From positions 32,001 through 96,000 of the IMG/VR virus record IMGVR_UViG_3300021400_001366: a DNA stretch of 64,000 bases, one strand, 5' to 3'. This document shows positions 27,986-39,380 of the stretch, one piece after another (within the stretch, counting starts at the first letter, position 1; the number at the start of each line of letters is the position of its first letter). A program made the translations under genes and the position numbers. Under the pieces are notes generated by a model that was given only the letters and a program-made list of their open reading frames with translations, ran no database searches and was not told where the DNA came from. The DNA comes from a virus (Duplodnaviria; Caudoviricetes).

Positions 27986-28546
27986 ATGACCGACAAACTT
28001 TTAGGCAGTAAAATAGCTGGTGGAAACACGGCTTATGGACGGATAAAATCTGACTTTTATCCAACGCCAGCCGAGGCCACGCAAGCACTTTTAGACTTCT
28101 TACATATCCCTAAGACTTGCAAAATCTGGGAACCAGCTTGTGGCGAAGGTCATATGGTTCAAACACTCAGAAGCAATGGCTATGACGTGATTAGCACTGA
28201 CATAAATCAAGGCCAGGATTACTTAGAGATTAACAAACCGGATGGCGTTGACTGGATTATTACCAACCCACCATTCTCACATGCGGTTGAATTCATTTCT
28301 AAGAGTATAGATCATGGATTGCCATTTGCTTTCATTTTAAAAGCTCAGTTCTGGAACGCGAGAAAGCGCTATCCAATTTTCAACAAGCAGCCGCCTACAT
28401 GGATTTTGCCGTTGACTTGGCGACCTGATTTCCTGTTTAAGACCAGGGGAAAGGGTGCGCCGTTGATGGATGTGATGTGGTGTGTTTGGCTTCCTGGAAA
28501 CACAGATACTAGGTTCAAGCCATTGCTGAAACCTTTTATCGAATAG
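27986..28546 (+). CDS. N6-adenine DNA methyltransferase
   Basis: DFYPTP, WEPACGEG and ITNPPF motifs. Confidence 0.88.
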   Translation: MTDKLLGSKIAGGNTAYGRIKSDFYPTPAEATQALLDFLHIPKTCKIWEPACGEGHMVQTLRSNGYDVISTDINQGQDYLEINKPDGVDWIITNPPFSHAVEFISKSIDHGLPFAFILKAQFWNARKRYPIFNKQPPTWILPLTWRPDFLFKTRGKGAPLMDVMWCVWLPGNTDTRFKPLLKPFIE

Positions 28547-28579
28547 AGACAATCTATCAGTAAGAAATGAGGCGATATT

Positions 28580-29557
28580 ATGAACAGCTATCCGATTTTC
28601 ATTATGATGATGGGCTTGAGCGGCAGCGGCAAGAGTACGCTTGCAAGCAATTTGTACATAGATGAAAATGGCAACATTGACATCCGCGAAGAGCCGAACG
28701 CTACCGGCGATCCCGTTATTCACTCTTCCGATAATCTCAGGGCTGAATTGTTTGGTGATGTGAATAATCAGAAGAAAAACGACGAGCTGTTCATTGAACT
28801 TCATCGAAGGATTAAGCGCGACTTGGCGGCTGGCCATAACGTTATCTATGATGCGACCAACCTCAACAAGAAGCGCAGGATCGCTTTCCTTGAAGAACTC
28901 AGACGTATTCACTGCGTCAAGTATTGCTTGGCCGTAATGACTACCTTTGAAGATTGCAAGAAGAACAATGCCAAACGCGAACGTCATGTTCCCGAAGATG
29001 TTATCAAGCGGCAGTTTATGAACTGGCAACCTCCGCACTATCATGAGGGCTTTGATAACATCTGGCTTGTTTTCCCTTGCAGCGATGGTTTTAATCCTGA
29101 TTATTATGTCCATGATGCAAACTACGACAATATGAAGAAGTTCAATCAGGATAACAGTCACCACGCTTTGTCGCTGGGAGATCATTGCTTTGAAACGTTT
29201 AAGTCTTGCAGAAAGTGGGACGAAGAAAACAGCGTTCTCCAAACGGCGGCTTATCTTCATGACGTTGGCAAGCTCTATACTAAGACCTATGTCAACGCGA
29301 AAGGCGAGAAGGACGGTCAAGCGCATTACTACCAGCATGAATGTGTCGGGGCTTATGTCGCCGCTTTCATACTGAACAGCACGGGCTATCCCGTCAATGA
29401 GACTCTTGATGCTATCAACATGATCTTCTACCACATGCGGCCATATCTGGCTTGGAAGGATTCTGAAAAGTCAATGGAGAGAGACAAGAAACTCATTGGC
29501 GAGAAGATGTTTAACGACGTAATGCTGTTACATAAAGCCGATGTAGCAGCGCATTAA
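28580..29557 (+). CDS. P-loop polynucleotide kinase-like domain fused to an HD domain
   Basis: GLSGSGKST, SSDxxR, DATN; H...LHDVGK...H...H...D. Confidence 0.85.
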   Translation: MNSYPIFIMMMGLSGSGKSTLASNLYIDENGNIDIREEPNATGDPVIHSSDNLRAELFGDVNNQKKNDELFIELHRRIKRDLAAGHNVIYDATNLNKKRRIAFLEELRRIHCVKYCLAVMTTFEDCKKNNAKRERHVPEDVIKRQFMNWQPPHYHEGFDNIWLVFPCSDGFNPDYYVHDANYDNMKKFNQDNSHHALSLGDHCFETFKSCRKWDEENSVLQTAAYLHDVGKLYTKTYVNAKGEKDGQAHYYQHECVGAYVAAFILNSTGYPVNETLDAINMIFYHMRPYLAWKDSEKSMERDKKLIGEKMFNDVMLLHKADVAAH

Positions 29558-29566
29558 GGAGAGTTT

Positions 29567-30208
29567 ATGGCAGAAACAAAGAAAACCAGCGTATTTGAAA
29601 AACTGTATGCGATTGACGCATCTGGCAAGATCAAGAAGAAGCAGAACCTTTCCTATATTTCTTGGGCGTCTGCACTGGCAGAAGTTAAGAAGGTATATCC
29701 TGATGTTTCATTTAATGTCTATCCTCAGGTGATGGACGATTATGGAAACACGCGCTTCTGGCATGATGATGGTAAGACTGGTTGGGTTGACGTTGGTGTA
29801 ACAATCGAAGGTGTTGAACAGCGTATTACACTTCCGATTATGAACGCCAGAAACCAGTCAATCGCCGCAGATCAGATTACTTCATTTGACGCGAACAAGG
29901 CTCAAATGCGCTGCTTGGTCAAGGCATTGGCTTTACACGGTGCGTTTACCCACATCTTTGAAGGTGAAGATTTGGCAGAGGAAGTCAGTCGTAATAACGA
30001 ACTGCAAGAAGAAGTTGGCAACCTGGTCAATAAGAAGGTAGCGCTTTCCGACAAGGCCAAAGAGAAGGTTGCCGAACTTTGCAAGGCGGCAGAAAAGGAA
30101 GCACATCCCGATTACGGCGATGATGAAATCACCGGCAACTATAAGAACATTGATGACAACGAGATTCTGGAACGACTGAAGCGGCAGTTGCTTGCCGTTC
30201 GCAAGTAA
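29567..30208 (+). CDS. Sak-like single-strand annealing protein (DUF1071)
   Basis: LSYISWA, LPIM and RCLVKALALHG...GEDL motifs. Confidence 0.85.
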   Translation: MAETKKTSVFEKLYAIDASGKIKKKQNLSYISWASALAEVKKVYPDVSFNVYPQVMDDYGNTRFWHDDGKTGWVDVGVTIEGVEQRITLPIMNARNQSIAADQITSFDANKAQMRCLVKALALHGAFTHIFEGEDLAEEVSRNNELQEEVGNLVNKKVALSDKAKEKVAELCKAAEKEAHPDYGDDEITGNYKNIDDNEILERLKRQLLAVRK

Positions 30209-30220
30209 TAGGAGGCACAC

Positions 30221-30673
30221 ATGGGACTGAGAGATAATTCATTTGCAAAGATTTGGAGCGCGAAGAAGGGCAACGGTAATTCGTACTCCGTCAACATGAG
30301 CATTAGCCGCAAGGATAAGGAAACCGGCGAATACAAGACACAGTTTTCGGGCTTTGTGAACTTTGCCGGTGAAGCTGCTAAGAAGGTAGCCGAGCTTGGC
30401 TTACCTGCGACTATGGACAGGGAACACCCGCAGAGCCGCAGCATCCAGATCAAGGGTTCGCCTGATGTTACTACCTATTATAATCCCGATCAGTACAAGC
30501 GTCTGATGGCGGCAGCGAACGGCAACGATGAGCTTACAAAGTTTGTCCGTAGTCGAGCGAACGAAAAGTATATCACTATTTGGGATTTCGAGTTGGCAGA
30601 TGGTTCAACACCGAAGCCCCAGCAGACCGCCAAGAAGGAAGAACCTCAAGAAGAAGATGAACTCCCGTTCTAA
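30221..30673 (+). CDS. ssb: single-stranded DNA-binding protein
   Basis: acidic tail ending EEDELPF; next to Sak. Confidence 0.75.
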   Translation: MGLRDNSFAKIWSAKKGNGNSYSVNMSISRKDKETGEYKTQFSGFVNFAGEAAKKVAELGLPATMDREHPQSRSIQIKGSPDVTTYYNPDQYKRLMAAANGNDELTKFVRSRANEKYITIWDFELADGSTPKPQQTAKKEEPQEEDELPF

Positions 30674-30687
30674 CAGGAGGTTGCCGC

Positions 30688-31302
30688 ATGAACGATAATC
30701 TGGTCAATGAGTTTGAAAGGCTGCTTTTCTCAACAAAGCGGCCTGGCATTGAAAAGCTGGTTGAATACATTCGCAAGACTGATTTCTATACAGCGCCAGC
30801 AAGTACAAAGTATCATGGATGTCATGAAGGTGGACTTCTTGAACATTCGCTAAATGTATACAAATGCCTTATGGCCAAGAAGAACTCAGAGACATGGCGA
30901 GAAGTCTTTCAGAATATCACCGACGAAAACATCATCATTACCGCTTTGCTTCATGATCTCTGCAAGACCAATTTCTACGTGGTCGAGATGAAGAACAAAA
31001 AGGTATATAGCGAAACCGGCACTAAAATGGATAGTAACGGACGCTATGATTGGGTTTCTGTTCCTGGGTATTCTATTGAAGATAAGAACCCGATGGGGCA
31101 TGGCGAGAAATCAGTAATTATGATTATGAACTTCATAAAGCTGGTTCCTAACGAAACCTATGGCATATTGTTCCATATGGGATTCACTCTGCCTAAAGAA
31201 GAATGGAATACGTTAAGCGCCGCCATTCAAAAGCATCCATTTATTCTCGCTGTCCATGAGGCAGACCTCGAAGCGACGTATCTGCTGGAAAAGGAAGAGT
31301 AA
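30688..31302 (+). CDS. HD-domain hydrolase
   Basis: APASTKYH, GLLEHS, LLHDLCK, GHGEKS, HMG, AD. Confidence 0.85.
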   Translation: MNDNLVNEFERLLFSTKRPGIEKLVEYIRKTDFYTAPASTKYHGCHEGGLLEHSLNVYKCLMAKKNSETWREVFQNITDENIIITALLHDLCKTNFYVVEMKNKKVYSETGTKMDSNGRYDWVSVPGYSIEDKNPMGHGEKSVIMIMNFIKLVPNETYGILFHMGFTLPKEEWNTLSAAIQKHPFILAVHEADLEATYLLEKEE

Positions 31303-31303
31303 C

Positions 31304-31690
31304 ATGGGAGTCAAGACTAACGAGCATCAGGCAAGGGCAGATTTGCAGTTAGTCCGCGATCTCTGGTCGAAGTATGTTAACAAAACCGTTTCATGGAGCT
31401 TGCTAAACAAGGTGCTCAACGGGTTTGTTGCGGATGGCTTTGAAACGGGTTATCTTGTGTTTGTCATGAAGTATATCATTGACCATCACAAGAAACTGAA
31501 CCATCCGCTAGGATTGAAGTATTACGTCGGAGATCAAGAAATCCAATCTGCCTATGCCAAATCAAAGATACCTAAGATAAATCCAGATCAGTTTAAAGTT
31601 GCCGAATCGCAGGACATTCCGCAGCCAGAATGTAGCTCAACGCCAAAGCGAGTAACAAGTTTTGCAGACATTCTTGGAGGTGGGACATGA
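31304..31690 (+). CDS. hypothetical protein (replication module)
   Basis: ORF directly upstream of the helicase. Confidence 0.6.
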   Translation: MGVKTNEHQARADLQLVRDLWSKYVNKTVSWSLLNKVLNGFVADGFETGYLVFVMKYIIDHHKKLNHPLGLKYYVGDQEIQSAYAKSKIPKINPDQFKVAESQDIPQPECSSTPKRVTSFADILGGGT

Positions 31691-33027
31691 GAGACATAAA
31701 TGAAATTTCAGACGTTCAAGCAGAAAGCGGTATCATAGGTACATTAATCTATCACCCAGAGTTTATCATGTACTCTGACTACCTAAAAGCAAGCTACTTC
31801 ATCGGACGTGAAAATGGCGCGGTCTATTGGGCTATTGGCGAGTTGTACAAGGAAGGTATTACCACAATCGACGCTTTCAATCTCACGAATAAGATCAAGA
31901 GCAACCGCGCCGTCCAAAGGGTACTTGAAGAAAAGAATCTGATTAACGTCCACGAATACATTGAGTTATATAAGGAAACCGCAAGAAACTCTGTTGAAGA
32001 ATACCGGCTCCTGGTGAATAGGGTTGTTACCATGTCGTTTAAACGCGATATGGTCAAGGCGCTGAATACCATTGAGAACGATTGCTACAACAGCGATACC
32101 GACCTCGAAAAACTCAACAACAATGTATACCGCGACATCGACAAGCTGACAGAGAAGTATTTCTTTTCTGAGGATGTACGAACGCTTGGCAGCGACATCG
32201 ACAGGATTTGGGATGAGATCGTAAGCCGAAGGACAGCAGACGGTATTTACGGTTTGCCATCAAAGTACAAGAGTTTCAACGAGTATTTCACTTATGAACC
32301 TGGCGAACTTGTAGTTATTCAGGCAAAGTACAAGCGCGGTAAATCCGTGTTCCTGATGAATGAGGTTGTAGATAAGCTCAAAAACGGTGTTTCCTGTCTG
32401 GTCGTTGATAGCGAAATGCCGACGCGACTATACGTTGAAAGGTTGCTTGCGCATCTTAGCGGCGTAGACGTAAGGCGAATCAAGAATGGCGATTACAGCG
32501 CAGAGGAATCAGACAATCTTGCAAGATGGCGTGATTGGTTGAAAGAGCAGCCGTTCATTCATATCTATGATCCCAATATGACGATGGAACGCCTATATGC
32601 CATTTGTAAGATTCAGAAGCGGAAGATGAATCTGGGGTTTGTAGTTTATGACTACATCAAAAGTAATGCCACATCATCAAGCGATAACTACAATCTGTTG
32701 GGTGCTATGTGTGACTTCCTCAAGAACAACATAGCTGGCGAACTAGATTTGCCTGTTTTAGCGGCGTGTCAGCTAAACCGTCAGGGTGAAGTTGCTGACA
32801 GCATGAAGATCAACCGCTATCTGTCAGTTGGCATTATATGGGATTTCAAGACGCAAGAGAACATCGTCAAGGATGGTATGGAGTGCGGCAATGCGTTTGC
32901 CAAAATCTACGTGAACCGCTTGGGGAGACAGATGATGGACGAAGATGAATACATAGACTTCTTCTTTAGCGGCGACAACATGACGATTCAGGAAGCAACA
33001 CAACATTCCGCTGATACAACATTCTGA
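31687..33027 (+). CDS. dnaB: replicative DnaB-like helicase
   Basis: AESGIIG N-domain, Walker A variant AKYKRGKS, SEM, VYDYI, ACQLNR. Confidence 0.88.
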   Translation: MRDINEISDVQAESGIIGTLIYHPEFIMYSDYLKASYFIGRENGAVYWAIGELYKEGITTIDAFNLTNKIKSNRAVQRVLEEKNLINVHEYIELYKETARNSVEEYRLLVNRVVTMSFKRDMVKALNTIENDCYNSDTDLEKLNNNVYRDIDKLTEKYFFSEDVRTLGSDIDRIWDEIVSRRTADGIYGLPSKYKSFNEYFTYEPGELVVIQAKYKRGKSVFLMNEVVDKLKNGVSCLVVDSEMPTRLYVERLLAHLSGVDVRRIKNGDYSAEESDNLARWRDWLKEQPFIHIYDPNMTMERLYAICKIQKRKMNLGFVVYDYIKSNATSSSDNYNLLGAMCDFLKNNIAGELDLPVLAACQLNRQGEVADSMKINRYLSVGIIWDFKTQENIVKDGMECGNAFAKIYVNRLGRQMMDEDEYIDFFFSGDNMTIQEATQHSADTTF

Positions 33028-33041
33028 TTGGAGGGGAGCAT

Positions 33042-34052
33042 ATGCAATACGATGAAGATATGCTCAACGAAATAAATCAGAACGTCGATTTGGTTGAATA
33101 CGTCGGTCAACAGATGGAGCTAAGAAAACAGGGCGGGGATTACTTTGCGCATTGCCCCATGCATGTTGACCAGACGGCTTCGCTTTCATTGAACAAAGAA
33201 TCGAACATGTACTACTGCTTTTCATGCGGTAGGGGCGGCGGTATCATCGGCTGGCTCATGGATTACGAAGGGTTGAGGTTCGATCAGGCTGTTGAAAAGG
33301 CAGCGAAACTTGCGAACGTCGATCTGTCTAAAATGTGTACTTCTGAAACAATCCAGTTTCTAAAGAAGCTAAAGGCATGGTCGAGAAACAAGCGTGAACC
33401 TTTTCAACACAAGATCCTTCCTGAAAGCGAATACGAACAATATCAAAAACTACCTGTACAAGAATGGCTTGACGAGGGGATTTCGCAAGCTACGCTGGAC
33501 AGGTTCGATATAAGGGTAGATGATTTTCATAACAGAATCGTTTACCCTGTTCGTGATATTGATGGTCACTTGATAAATGTCAAGGCACGGACGCGATACC
33601 AGAACTACAAGGCATTGCGAATACCGAAGTATATCAACTATTTCCAGGTAGGCGTGATGGACTATTTCCAATCTCTGGATATGGCCTTGCCAAAGATCAG
33701 AGAAAAGAACGAGGTCATAATCTTTGAATCAATCAAGTCAACGATGAAAGCATACGATTGGGGTTATGACAACTGTGTTTCAGCGGAGAAGCACACGTTG
33801 ACGAATGAACAGATTACGCTCCTTGTGAAATTGAAAACCAATGTCGTATTCGCATACGATTCAGATGTCAGCTATTGGTCAAAAGATGTTAGAACCAACC
33901 TAAATAAACTCAGGCGATTCACGAATGTGTTTATTCTGGAAGATAGAGAAAAACTCTTGGGCGGCGTTGAAGCTAAAAATTCACCAGCGGATTGCGGCAG
34001 AGACATCTTTGAACGGCTGCTTGCCAATAGAAGGAAGGTGATCGCTATTTGA
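33042..34052 (+). CDS. dnaG: DNA primase (CHC2 zinc finger + TOPRIM)
   Basis: CPMH...CFSC, RIVYP, KYIN, FES, YDSD. Confidence 0.88.
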   Translation: MQYDEDMLNEINQNVDLVEYVGQQMELRKQGGDYFAHCPMHVDQTASLSLNKESNMYYCFSCGRGGGIIGWLMDYEGLRFDQAVEKAAKLANVDLSKMCTSETIQFLKKLKAWSRNKREPFQHKILPESEYEQYQKLPVQEWLDEGISQATLDRFDIRVDDFHNRIVYPVRDIDGHLINVKARTRYQNYKALRIPKYINYFQVGVMDYFQSLDMALPKIREKNEVIIFESIKSTMKAYDWGYDNCVSAEKHTLTNEQITLLVKLKTNVVFAYDSDVSYWSKDVRTNLNKLRRFTNVFILEDREKLLGGVEAKNSPADCGRDIFERLLANRRKVIAI

Positions 34053-34861
34053 GTCCATATAAAGATTTGATAGATAAGATGGTGTGGTCGTATTCCAGAC
34101 TTTCATCATTCGCACAGTGTAAATACCAGTTCTACTTGAAGTATATAGAAAACGACGAATCCGAGCACCTGTCAGAGGGCAATTATTATGCCGAACTAGG
34201 ATCGTATGTTCACTTAATCCTTGAGAAGATATTCAATGGAGAGTTGAGTGTTGACGATGCCGCGCAGTATTATGTAGATCATTTCGATGATAATGTTTTC
34301 TACACTACGAATCAAAGCATCATGGACAAGAACTTTGAAAGCTGCGCCAACTACTTTGCAGAGTTGGATTTGTCGTGGATGAAAGACTTTGATGTAATCG
34401 GCGTTGAACGAAAGATTGAAACTGAGATTGGCGGCTATCCGTTTATTGGCTTTATTGACCTTCTCGTGCGACATAAGGAAACCGGTGACATTATACTGAT
34501 CGACCATAAGTCTGCGAAATATCCGTTGTCTAAGAAAACCGGCAAGCTCTTGAAGGGCAGCGAAGATAGCTTTAGGTCTTATGAAAAACAGATGTATCTT
34601 TACTGCAAGTATGTCTATGAGCAGTATGGCCAGTTCCCGAAGGTAATCGCCTGGAACCACTTTAAAGAAAACGAGATGGTTTACATACCATTCAACGAAG
34701 CTGATTATCAAGGTGCGTTAAATTGGTTCGTGGAAACGATTCATCAGATTGAGAATGAAGAAGAATTTGCAGAAACCGCAGATTTCTTCTATTGCCATAA
34801 GCTATGTGACTATAGGTACAGTTGTGATTATAATAAGTATGCGGATGATGATAGAGAATGA
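34049..34861 (+). CDS. PD-(D/E)xK exonuclease (Cas4/RecB-like)
   Basis: WSYSRL...C, GSYVH, GFIDL...IDHKS, QMYLY, C-terminal Cys cluster. Confidence 0.85.
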   Translation: MSPYKDLIDKMVWSYSRLSSFAQCKYQFYLKYIENDESEHLSEGNYYAELGSYVHLILEKIFNGELSVDDAAQYYVDHFDDNVFYTTNQSIMDKNFESCANYFAELDLSWMKDFDVIGVERKIETEIGGYPFIGFIDLLVRHKETGDIILIDHKSAKYPLSKKTGKLLKGSEDSFRSYEKQMYLYCKYVYEQYGQFPKVIAWNHFKENEMVYIPFNEADYQGALNWFVETIHQIENEEEFAETADFFYCHKLCDYRYSCDYNKYADDDRE

Positions 34862-37800
34862 GATATAACAACTATCACAAACACGATCATTACGGAAATC
34901 CGTGGGCTATGGATGTTGTTGTTAAACCGGAAGGGTACGCACAACGCGCCGTAGAACTAAACCATACCACACTTTTCACAACAAATCATGGCGTTACTGG
35001 CAATATATTCGATTGCATGGAAAACGCCAAAAAGTATGATCTGAAAATGGTATATGGTATGGAGGCGTATTATGTAAATAATCGCTTTGAAAAAGATAGA
35101 AGCAACAAGCATTTGATAGTGATAGCGCGTAACAATTCTGGCGTAATGCAGCTCAATGATATTATGACAGAAGCGCATACAACGGGTTTTTACTATCGCC
35201 CAAGGATTGATAGAGAATTATTGTTTTCGCTAGATCCGAAAGACTTCATCATTACAAGTGCCTGTGTTGCGGGTATATGGTCTGATCGTGAGCTGATGTT
35301 GGCAATACATCGCAAATTCGGTAAGAACTTTTTTCTGGAAGTTCAACCTCATAACATGGATTTACAGAAAGAAGTCAACAAAGAGATTATCCAATTCGCC
35401 GCAGATTCAGGAATCTCGATAATTCATGCGAATGACAGTCATTACATATATCCAGATGATTCAAAGTATAGAGATATATTCCTAAAGGGCAAGGAACGCT
35501 TTTATGAAGAAGAAAGCGGTATGATACTGGATTATCCTGATAGTGATACAATATTCGACAGGTACAAGAAACAAAATGTATTGTCTCGAACCCAGGTGCA
35601 AGATGCTCTTGACAATACGCTTGTATTCGATGAGTGTGAAGAAATCACTATCATCAATGACGATATTAAGCTGCCGTCAGTATCGGATAATCCAGCGCAT
35701 GACTTGAAAGCGATTATCAACGCCAGATGGAAAGCAGAGCGAGAAAACATCCCCAAAGAAAGATGGCCTGAATATCTCGAAGATATTAGATATGAGACTA
35801 AGATCATCGAAGATACACACATGGAGAACTACTTCCTCATTGACTACAACGTGGTTAAGGATGGCCAAGAGAAATACGGTGGCAAACTCACAAACACAGG
35901 CCGTGGTTCTGCGCCTAGCTTCTATGTGACGAAGATTCTGGGTCTTACAGATATTGATAGGATTGCAGCGCCAATTACGCTATTCCCGACTAGGTTCATG
36001 TCAGTCGAACGAATATTGGGTAGCAGGAGCCTCCCGGACATCGACCTTAACACATCGGATAGAGAACCTTTCATCAAAGCAACAGAGGACTTGCTTGGTG
36101 CTGAAAACTGCGCGTGGATGCTTGCATGGAAACCTTTGCAAGATTCTTCTGCGTTTAGGCTTTATTGCAAGGGGATAGGTTTAGACATTTCTGAGTATGA
36201 TGATGTGGCCAAGAACCTTGAGGATTACACGGACAATAAGAAATGGAAAGACATCATCGCGGAAAGCAAACGATTTGTCGGTGTAGTCGAAAGTGTATCG
36301 GAAAGCCCTTGCTCAATGTGCCTTTATGATAAACCTTTGCGAAAAGAGTTGGGTCTTGTTAGAACGCCAAAAGGTAAGCCGTGCTGTTTGCTTGATGGGT
36401 ATAATTGCGACAAATATAAATACTTGAAGAACGATTAACAAAATAGTCGCCCGTCATGGTGACATGGCGGTGAAAACGCTCTAAATTGCTGGGAACCCCT
36501 AAAGCTCTTTTGCCTGGAAAACAGGAGCGAAAGCAGAAACAATTAAAGAGATGGCATATGGTGAAAACCTAAGTGTTGGTGCAATGGGAGATCAGCAGGG
36601 AAGTCTTAAACGATAAATGCTGTGGCAAGCATAGGTAAATGAATGCATAAAAGTAATGGTGGATTTGGTTTCTGGGATTCAGAAAAAGAAAAGGTAATAT
36701 CCATGTACTTGGATAAGAAAATGAGCACTAATGATATTGGTAAAATATACGGTTGTTACGGCACTACAGTTCTTTTGCATCTAAAAAGGTGGAACGTAGA
36801 AATACGCAAGGAGAGATATAATAGCAAGTATTCCGTTGATCTGTCATGCTTTGACGTAATTGACGATGAGCATAAAGCATATTTCCTTGGACTGCTATTA
36901 GCTGACGGCCATATATCGAAACATAACACGATAATGCTGACTATGAAGGATGCAGATGTTGTAGAAAAGTGGAAATCTTTTCTAAATACTGATGCGCCAA
37001 TCAAGATAGATAAGCATGGCAATTACTATCTGAATATTGTCTGTAAACGAATAGCGGATAGATTGAAAGAAATAGGCTTCAATAACAGAAAAAGCTATCA
37101 TGTTGATTTCGATAGAATAATAGGAAATGTCCCAGAATCATTGACGCATCATTTTCTTCGTGGATTATTCGATGGCGACGGCAGTATTCGTGTATATAAT
37201 TATCCGTATTTGAAGAAGCCGCAACTTCATTTTGGTCTAACAGGTTTGCCAAATGTCGTTCAGTTCTTCAAAGAGTATCTCGGCATTACTACAAAGACCG
37301 TCAAAGAATCGGATATAACGTATACATGTGTTTCAGCTTGTCGTGAAACAATAATCGAGTCATTCAAAACTCTATATAAAGATGCCACAGTTTATATGGA
37401 GAGAAAATACGAAACATTCAAAAGCATCGTTTAAGAAACCTTCAACGACTATAATGGGCGGCACTTATAAAGTGCAAGGTATAGTCTACTCCGTCTGCGC
37501 AAAGCAGAGTTAAAGTATTCCGAAAGGAACGGTATAAAGGTATCTTACCGTAACGGTATGGGCTATCATTCGTGATGTCTGCAATTCTGTTGGAATACCG
37601 ATACCTACAATCCGTGAACTAGATAAGCTGCTTGATGATAAGACATACAAGATTTATGAGGACGGACTTACATGTACTATAAATCAGGCAGATAGCGACT
37701 TTGCTACTGAGCTTGTGAAGCAGTATAAGCCACATTCTGTCGCGGAAATGTCAGCGTTTGTGGCAATCATCCGACCTGGATGCGCCAGTTTGCTTCAAGA

Positions 37801-39040
37801 CTTTATTGACCGCAAGGACTACACGACTGGTGTAAAAGAGCTGGATGATATTCTTACTGACGGCAACCATCGCATGATCTACCAGGAATTGATTATGAAA
37901 TATCTCATCTGGTTAGATATTCCTGAAACGGGTAGTTATGATATTATCAAAAAGATAGCAAAGAAGAAGTTCAAAGAACCTGAACTCGAAGAACTTAAAT
38001 CTAAGCTGCTTAATGGATGGAGGAAGCGCGTAGGACGCGATGAAGGATTCAAGGAAACATGGACTGTGGTTGAACAGGCCGCAAGGTACAGCTTCAACGC
38101 AAGTCATTCTCTTTCATATGCCTACGATAGTCTCTATGGTGCTTATCTTAAATCACACTATCCGCTAGATTATTACACGGTAGCCTTAAACTACTATGCC
38201 AATGACAGTGTAAGAACGTTGAAGCTAACTAACGAACTTAGCGCATTTGGAATCGAACTGAAACCGATCAAGTTCAGGTATTCTCAGGGGCAGTATTCTT
38301 TATCAAGATCGGATAACAGTATCTATAAAGGAATCGCTTCTATCAGTTACATGGGCGAAGATGTAGCTAACGAAATCAATACGCTAAAGGACAATGAATA
38401 CAGCACGTTTATAGATTTGCTCTACGATTTGGACGCAAAAACAAGCCTAGATTCACGTCAGATCAGGATTCTCATTGAACTCGATTTCTTCTCTGAATTT
38501 GGTGATACTAACTATCTTCTGAAATGCAAAGAAGCGTTCGATACTTACTGCGACAAGAAGCAAATCAAGAAACAAAAACTCGCAGAGGATGGCATAAGCG
38601 AAGAACTGGTCAGACCATACGCAGAGAAAGAAACCGAGAAGATGTTCAGCAACATTAACATGAGAGGATTTATCGTTGCGTATTGCAAATCGCTTAAAGT
38701 GCCAAAGCGCACGATGCGGCAGCGCATTGAATCGCAAATTGAGAACCTGGGCTATGTTGATATTGTTGGTGAAGAATACTCTGGCATGGCCGTGGTGGTC
38801 GATCTTGATACGAAGTATTCACCAAGGGTCAAGCTCTATTCCATGAAGAACGGTACAACCATTGATTGCAAAATCGACAAGAAAACATTCAACAAAAACA
38901 AGTTGAAGCTAGGCGATACGATCAGGATAATCAAGTCGCCGCTGAAGCACAAAAACCGAAAGAACGAAAACGGAGATTGGGAGCCTATACCCGATCAGTT
39001 AGAACGATGGATAACAGAATATAAGAAGGTAGAACTATGA
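34858..39040 (+). CDS. dnaE: DNA polymerase III alpha (DnaE-like), join(34858..36435,37541..39040), ~1025 aa
   Basis: PHP HKHDHY, GRGSA, PDIDL, KND|YL restored by splicing, YSFNASHS. Confidence 0.92.
36436..37540 (+). mobile_element. group I intron encoding a homing endonuclease (1105 nt)
   Basis: P1 CGAU|UA with UAGUCG; AAUUGCUGGGAA, AUCAGCAG, UCAACGACUA and AAGGUAUAGUCU core elements; terminal G. Confidence 0.92.
36643..37434 (+). CDS. intron-encoded LAGLIDADG homing endonuclease with N-terminal HTH
   Basis: YFLGLLLADG and FLRGLFDGDG. Confidence 0.92.
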   Translation: MHKSNGGFGFWDSEKEKVISMYLDKKMSTNDIGKIYGCYGTTVLLHLKRWNVEIRKERYNSKYSVDLSCFDVIDDEHKAYFLGLLLADGHISKHNTIMLTMKDADVVEKWKSFLNTDAPIKIDKHGNYYLNIVCKRIADRLKEIGFNNRKSYHVDFDRIIGNVPESLTHHFLRGLFDGDGSIRVYNYPYLKKPQLHFGLTGLPNVVQFFKEYLGITTKTVKESDITYTCVSACRETIIESFKTLYKDATVYMERKYETFKSIV

Positions 39041-39378
39041 TGTACATTAAATATGGCGACTTTCGCAAGCATCTGATTGCGATTAAAAGGATTATGCGAT
39101 TACAGGATAAGATATGGGATGCATGTACAGAGGCTTACGATTGTAACCTTGATTGCGAAATGTCTTTTCCAACACTAGCGGGAAATGTCGTTGAATTGCT
39201 CAGCAAGGCAACCGGCGACGATAATGACTGGATTGGCTATTGGGTATATGAACTTGATTGCGGTGATAAGTACAGTGACGGTGTTGTCACTGATACCGAT
39301 GGACGAAACATCAAACTAAAGACAATTAGCGACTTATGGGATTTGCTGTGTGAAAATGATATAAGTCAAAATAAATAA
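39037..39378 (+). CDS. hypothetical protein
   Basis: DWIGYWVYELDCG pattern common in Clostridial phages. Confidence 0.65.
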   Translation: MMYIKYGDFRKHLIAIKRIMRLQDKIWDACTEAYDCNLDCEMSFPTLAGNVVELLSKATGDDNDWIGYWVYELDCGDKYSDGVVTDTDGRNIKLKTISDLWDLLCENDISQNK

Positions 39379-39380
39379 TC

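Noticed and set aside
28337-29434. Long antisense ORFs (also 12626-13471 and 16641-17516)
   Set aside because: Shadows of well-supported + strand genes, without motifs or RBS.
36433-37715. Split DnaE by split intein or stop-codon recoding
   Set aside because: No intein termini; a group I core and exact splice sites explain the break, and all three stop codons are used normally elsewhere.
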